Positions 58,557 through 64,000 of a DNA stretch of 64,000 nt are shown piece after piece. The stretch covers positions 103,416,001 through 103,480,000 of the forward strand of contig OZ024740.1 in assembly GCA_964016885.1 (NCBI GenBank), read 5' to 3'. Origin of the DNA: Eledone cirrhosa. Lineage: Eukaryota. The notes under the pieces are model-generated. The model was not told where the DNA came from. It searched no databases and saw only the letters and a list, made by a program, of their open reading frames with translations. The translations under genes and the position numbers were made by a program. Numbering within the stretch: position 1 is the first letter of the stretch; each line of letters begins with the position of its first letter.

Positions 58557-60692
58557 GTTAAAGATCTATATATTATATAACACGTATACACACGCAAAAA
58601 TACATACATATAAATATATATATACACACGTATAAAAATATATATACATATCTAACTATGTATATAATATATACATACAAAATATAAAGGATGCTTTAAT
58701 TTAAGATATAGGAGTCTTATAAAATCAGAGAAGGAAAATTACATTATATAGTTATATCAATGTTACAATTGTTAAGATATTAAAGGAAATGTTATGTTAT
58801 ACACACTTTGTTATTAAACAAATTTTTTTATATAACTTTTATAAGATTACCTGTTATGTATTTATGACTGTTATTATATGTCTATTTGTCACGAATCTTG
58901 GGATAATCCCTATAAATAAGTGCAATCGAATTGTATGGATATACACGTACATATACATTCACAATTCCCACATATACATACATATATGTACCCACACAAA
59001 TATGTAGATACGCATCACGTATATATATACATATAGATAGACATACACGCATAAAACATATGTACATGTATATCAATACTTACATATACATATATATACA
59101 CACATAGACAGAGAGAAGTATATATAAATACAGTACATAGTATAATTGAAGTACATAAAATACAAAAGAATTATATTACGATTTGGAAATATAATTAATA
59201 TAACTTTAAAATATTATAGAATATTTCAAGTTATAATTTCAACATAATAGTACGTTTAATAGATTTAGTATAGAAATGTTCTACGTATATTTAACTTAAT
59301 TTTATATCCATAAGAAAAATAAACAAACTTTCAAAAGATAAACTTTAGAAAATAGAAGAAACTATCAAACAATAAAAAAAATAAAAAATAAAAAATATTT
59401 TCTCCTTTTAAGAGCTTTCAGTATATTTCTCTAGAATAGTTTATTATATTTATTTATATTTAGAAAGAAAAGTTTTTTTTACTTGAGTGTATAATCAGTT
59501 AAAAAAAAAATGAAGGAATCTAATGATTTATCGACAGGTTTAATATATTAATAGAATTAATTAATTAATTATATATTACATTTTAAATTTATATTTAAAC
59601 GTTGAGTTTAATCTATGTCTACAGCAACTGAATAAATTGTTCCTTAGGTTCAGGGAATTTTTGGTCTTTAATATAAAGAATATTTCCTCTATACAAAGAT
59701 CACAATTTTCTGAAGAGGAGTTAAAAGGAGTAGCTTCTGAAATAATATTCCAAATCAACGAATATTCAACGTTCTTTAGTTTGAGGTCCCATAATAAGCT
59801 AGATAGAGAAGTTGAAGATTTTTTGTTTGGATCTGTAAAAGAATTTTTATGATTATTGAAGTGGTATTTAAACTCTGTGGAAGTGAATCCCACATAATTA
59901 AATGAATTTAAATTAGTTTTTACATTACAATTATATACTATATTTTTAGCTAAGCATTTGTTATTTAACGGACAGTTAGATTTATTTCTACAGTTACATT
60001 TATCAAATTGGATATTGCTTGGGTTATTAGTGGTATTTTGGTTAGGTTTTAAATTTCTATTATTAATTCTATTAATATTTTGCGCTAAATTTTTGGTGGA
60101 AGAATAAGTTAATTTTATAATATGTCTATTAAAAATTGAGTAATATCTATGTGTTCTAGGGAAGCATTTGTCAAGAGCTTTAAAAAATAGTTTAGCAATA
60201 GGAGTTTTAATATTTAATGAGAAAGGAGGAGCGAACCATAATATGTTCCTAGTTCTATTTCTTTTTCCGCTTTCGGAATTATTGTAAGGTTTTCTATTAT
60301 AGTTGTTAAAATTGTTAAAATAGTTAAAATTGTTACGATTATGGTTAGTTGTTATATTATTATTATTATCAATGTATTTAATTATATTTATATACCCAGC
60401 TCTACCTAACGATTCGTAGTAATAATGTGCTTTTTCATGAAATATATTCTTATTAGCTGAAATTCTCGAAGTTCGTTCCTGTACAGAGTTCACGATAGTA
60501 TTTTTAACGGATCTGGGGTGATTAGAGTTAAAATTGACGTAATGGTTGCATTCTTTAAGGGTATGTCAATATTTATTTATAAAACTGATCTATATTATAT
60601 TTTATTTGATGAAAGCACACCATAATTTAACTTGGTGTCCTTGAAATATGTATAATGAAATAAATATGGTTTTATAAATATAGTTTCCATTC

Positions 60693-61678
60693 AAAATACT
60701 AGCTCTTTCAATTGCGCAGAGGGTTCTATAGAAATAGTGGACAGCTTCCGTTACCTGGGCGACAAAATCAGCAGTGGGGGAGGGTGCTCTGAAAGTACAG
60801 TAGCTAGTCAGAACTGGTTGGAAAAAGTTCAGAGAGCTTATACCACTATTAGCCGCTAAAGGGTTCTCCCTAAAAATGAAAGGCAGGTTGTATGATGCCT
60901 GCATACGAACAGCAATGTTGCATGGCAGTGAGACCTGGGCATTGTGTGCAGAGGATATACGCAGACTAGAGAGGAACGAAGCTTGCATGCTCCGCTGGAT
61001 GTGTAATAGTAACATACGTGAACGGCAAAGCATAAGCGAACTAAGGAAAAAATTAGAAATAAGAGGGATCAGATGTTGTTTACTCAAGAGAAGGCTACGT
61101 TGGTATGGTCACGTGATGCGCATGAAAGACGACAGCTGTATAACAAAGTGCAGGGCAATAAAGATAGACGGTAGCTACGGAGTAGGCAGACCCAGAAAAA
61201 CCTGGGACAAGCTGATAAATTCTGACCTCACACATTTACACCTCACCAAGACAATGTCACTGGACCGAGACCTTTGGCGGTACTCAGTAATAGAGAAGAC
61301 CTGCCTTACCTAAATACAAAGTAAAACCTATTACAGCCAGTAGGCATCTCTAACAAATACACCCCCACCCCATCCACACCGCCCCTTCAATGTAAAGTTA
61401 TGTTGGTGCCACAACATCCAGGCCGAAACAAATGAGATCGTGTAGGTGTCACGACAAAAAAAACACAGTCCACGCTGTAATGTGGCCGTGTAGACAACAC
61501 GGTAAAAACCTCCCAGCCCCACACTGTAAATGTGGTTGGTGTTAGGAAGGGCATCCAGCTGTAGAAAACCCGCCAGACAGTCCTATGTGAGCAAGACAAT
61601 CACTCTTGCCTCAAGTGGGAAAACCCCCGTCCAAACCCATGCAAGCGTGGAACACGGACGTTAAACGTTGATGATGAT
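60693..61678 (+). mobile_element. 5'-truncated RTE family A inserted in a Penelope pLTR
   Basis: ORF 60876-61313. Flanks rejoin as tagtttccat-ttgttaatatcg, matching 56505-56526 reversed. Confidence 0.92.
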
Positions 61679-61783
61679 TTGTTAATATCGTATTTTTACT
61701 CCAAATATTTGTTGAGTGCTTTATATCAGTTATAAAAATATTTGCTTGTTGTATCCCAACAATTTAAATAGAACTTTTACATA

Positions 61784-61837
<54 letters not shown>

Positions 61838-63123
61838 TATAAAGAACTACCCGGTCGAGAGCTTAATTCGATTTGTGCTGTTTTTGCAATTTTTGCATCG
61901 ATTACACATACTGAATTCATTTGCCAAAATTTGGGATTTTCTCCCCTGTAGAGCTACACATGTGCTTTCAAAATGCTGGCGCAGAACAAAATACCTGTTG
62001 AGAAAGTGATATCCTTGTTCGATCATTATACCAAAAGCTTATTTTTTTAAGCAGACAGTATTATTGATTTAGGTGTTGCAGAAACCCTGTACTGGATTTT
62101 ACCATCATTTCCAAGGGTTCGGATAAATATTTCATTCATCTATTTTGTTTGACCCGTTTAGCTTGCTTCGTTTTTTTGGCTTAGGTGGTTGATAGCTTCT
62201 TAACCGTCGTCTCAGTATGTATGGCCTTTATAACTTATGTTTATTGCTCTGGTCTCTTTTAGTCCATGGAGCGCTTGCCAACACAAATCGGAGATTGAGT
62301 TTCGTTTATTTCTACCCGCCGAAATGCGATTCTCGCTGAATTTATGTTTATATATATATATATATATGGTACCTTCCTATGCCAACATCTTTATAATTGA
62401 TTTAGAGAAAAGGTTATTAGATGAGGACTCATCATCACTGTTTAATGTCTATTTTCCATATCTAGCTCATATATTCCACCTCCAGCATGGCTTCTATGGT
62501 TGTATGCCCTTCCTATTACCAACCACTTTACAAAGTGTTTTGGGTGCACTAGCATTAGAGGGGTTGTTATGTTCTCCACAAGACTGAAGAGTCCCCCCCC
62601 CCCCCATCTTATGTTGTCCCCATTTGCACACCAACCAATTTACAGATATGTATTGAGTGTGTTTTAGGAAAGGAGGCGATCATGAAATTGTACCAAAGAA
62701 ACAATATTGATGCAGGCCTCCAGCCAGTGGTCAGTAGCTCTGCTCGGGAATTGACTCAGTCAGTGGTGATTCAGCCAACCTTTGTTAGCAGGGAAAATGA
62801 ACATTAAATGATGGTGATAATGATCGGGAGAAAGAAAGCTACCATTTAAGTCAACACTCTAATGACTTTGCCAATTTGCCTTCTTCTACCTGGAGAAATA
62901 AAGCTGCATCAGCGCTGACTCATTTAACCCAACGCTATCAACTATACCATTATAACCTGAAAATATTGCACTACAAGTTGGTATTACATATTATAAGTGG
63001 GGATTATTTGGATTGTTTAGCTTCTGTGTTTTGGAATATGAAGTAGGTGAGAGGTATGAACAATATGCAATAATGAAACCAACAGTGATTGAGTCATGTT
63101 GAAACTAATTTGTCCATTTGTAG

Positions 63124-63211
63124 ATGCTGAGGGAGAGGTGGATGAGTCAACAGAACAGCAAAACTTTGAGGACAACTTGAGAGAATGTATTGATGGACTC
63201 GTGGAAAAAAG
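63124..63211 (+). CDS. IFRD1: IFRD1/2-like internal exon
   Basis: TTTGTAG acceptor, GTCAGT donor. Phase 1-2, encoding DAEGEVDESTEQQNFEDNLRECIDGLVEK. Resembles the IFRD N-terminal helix (E-x-KL-x-x-x-ID-x-x-x-DKS). Confidence 0.85.
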
Positions 63212-63717
63212 GTCAGTATGGATGTACAACTCTGCTAGTGGAGAGAGGTGTTTCACCCCAGGTGTTAAAGTCTGCCCCAAGCCCAGTGGTGCATCTGGTT
63301 AGAGCTTATTCTAGTTTCATTTGCATTAAGTGGCCAAGAGTATAAGATGTCTCCTGGTGGTGGTACTCATTTTTTTTTTTCATCTGAGTGAACTGGGGCA
63401 GTGTGGAATGAAGTGCCTTGTTGAAAGACACTGTGCTTCTTGGTCTGGGAATCGGACCTATAACTCTGCGATTGTGAGCAGAACACTAACCACATGGCCA
63501 CACACCTTATCCTCTGGTGGGCTCTAATCCACCAAATCTAGGATTGTATGCAGGAGTTGCCAAGAATTTTGCAGAGTTCAACAAGAAACCACCTGTATTC
63601 AGGTTGTTATCCCTAGTTTTCTGCTGTCTCATACTGAGAGATGATGGTGGTGGTGGTTGTGATTTCTTCAATTTATAATGAATTAAGTGTTACTTGTTTT
63701 CTTTGTTTATATTGCAG

Positions 63718-63798
63718 TCAACAAACGCGTATCAACTGTTTAAACAGCCTCAGTAAAGCTCTTTCCACTAAATACATTTGTGATTTTCTTTTGAATGT
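63718..63798 (+). CDS. IFRD1: IFRD1/2-like internal exon
   Basis: TTGCAG acceptor, GTGAGT donor. Phase 2-2, encoding SQQTRINCLNSLSKALSTKYICDFLLN. Comparable to vertebrate IFRD1 SAKTRQAALEGIKNALASKMLYEFI (recalled sequence). Confidence 0.85.
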
Positions 63799-64000
63799 GT
63801 GAGTAGATCCTTTTCCATTTTTTTCTTTCTCTTCATATTGTAATTTTAACATATGATTTAGTAATACTGCAGTATGTTGTACATAATGAAGTATAGTAGT
63901 TTTTTTTTTAGTGCTGCCAATAATCATATGTAGTTGGCTTGGATTCTCTAAGTGAAAATTACAACTCTTCCAATATTTTCAATGTTATGTGTCTTTATCA

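Larger units (their letters stand above)
56500..61785 (-). mobile_element. Penelope-like element (ORF 59576-60535) with 3' pseudo-LTR and an inverted pLTR copy at its truncated 5' end; interrupted by a Helitron and two RTEs
   Basis: YVNFNSNHP, ILWFAPPF, CNC, IVYNC…YVGFT and CDLC motifs. 60539-60690 plus 61679 onward is the reverse complement of 56505-56668. Confidence 0.85.

Noticed and set aside
63096-63302. 68-aa standalone ORF
   Set aside because: Only 63124-63211 is exonic, bounded by splice sites. The rest is intronic read-through.

Overview
Eukaryotic, AT-rich and repeat-dominated window. The SINE/LINE repertoire resembles octopus/cephalopod DNA (inference from recognition, not a search). 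The only host gene I can support is an IFRD1/IFRD2-like gene on the + strand, with three short coding exons at 53.3, 63.1 and 63.7 kb. Its first coding exon was not found, so much of 1-53 kb may be intron. From about 5.46 to 46.6 kb there is a roughly 41-kb island of retroelements embedded in interrupted (TA)n arrays. The window holds more than 20 RTE-clade LINE pieces from three families (one nearly full length, with APE, RT and a PHD finger), Penelope-like elements with GIY-YIG ORFs, about ten hammerhead-ribozyme motifs, tRNA-derived SINEs, a truncated Tc1/mariner and a non-autonomous Helitron. The most notable signals are: (i) target sites that are reiterated rather than simply duplicated at LINE 5' junctions, suggesting a retrotransposon-microsatellite ratchet; (ii) a tandem-hammerhead retrozyme-like unit; (iii) a roughly 500-bp palindrome with a hammerhead in each arm inside an IFRD intron; and (iv) a SINE that has swapped LINE tails at a CCCGT microhomology. 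Repeat boundaries were read by eye and are approximate to within about 10-20 bp.
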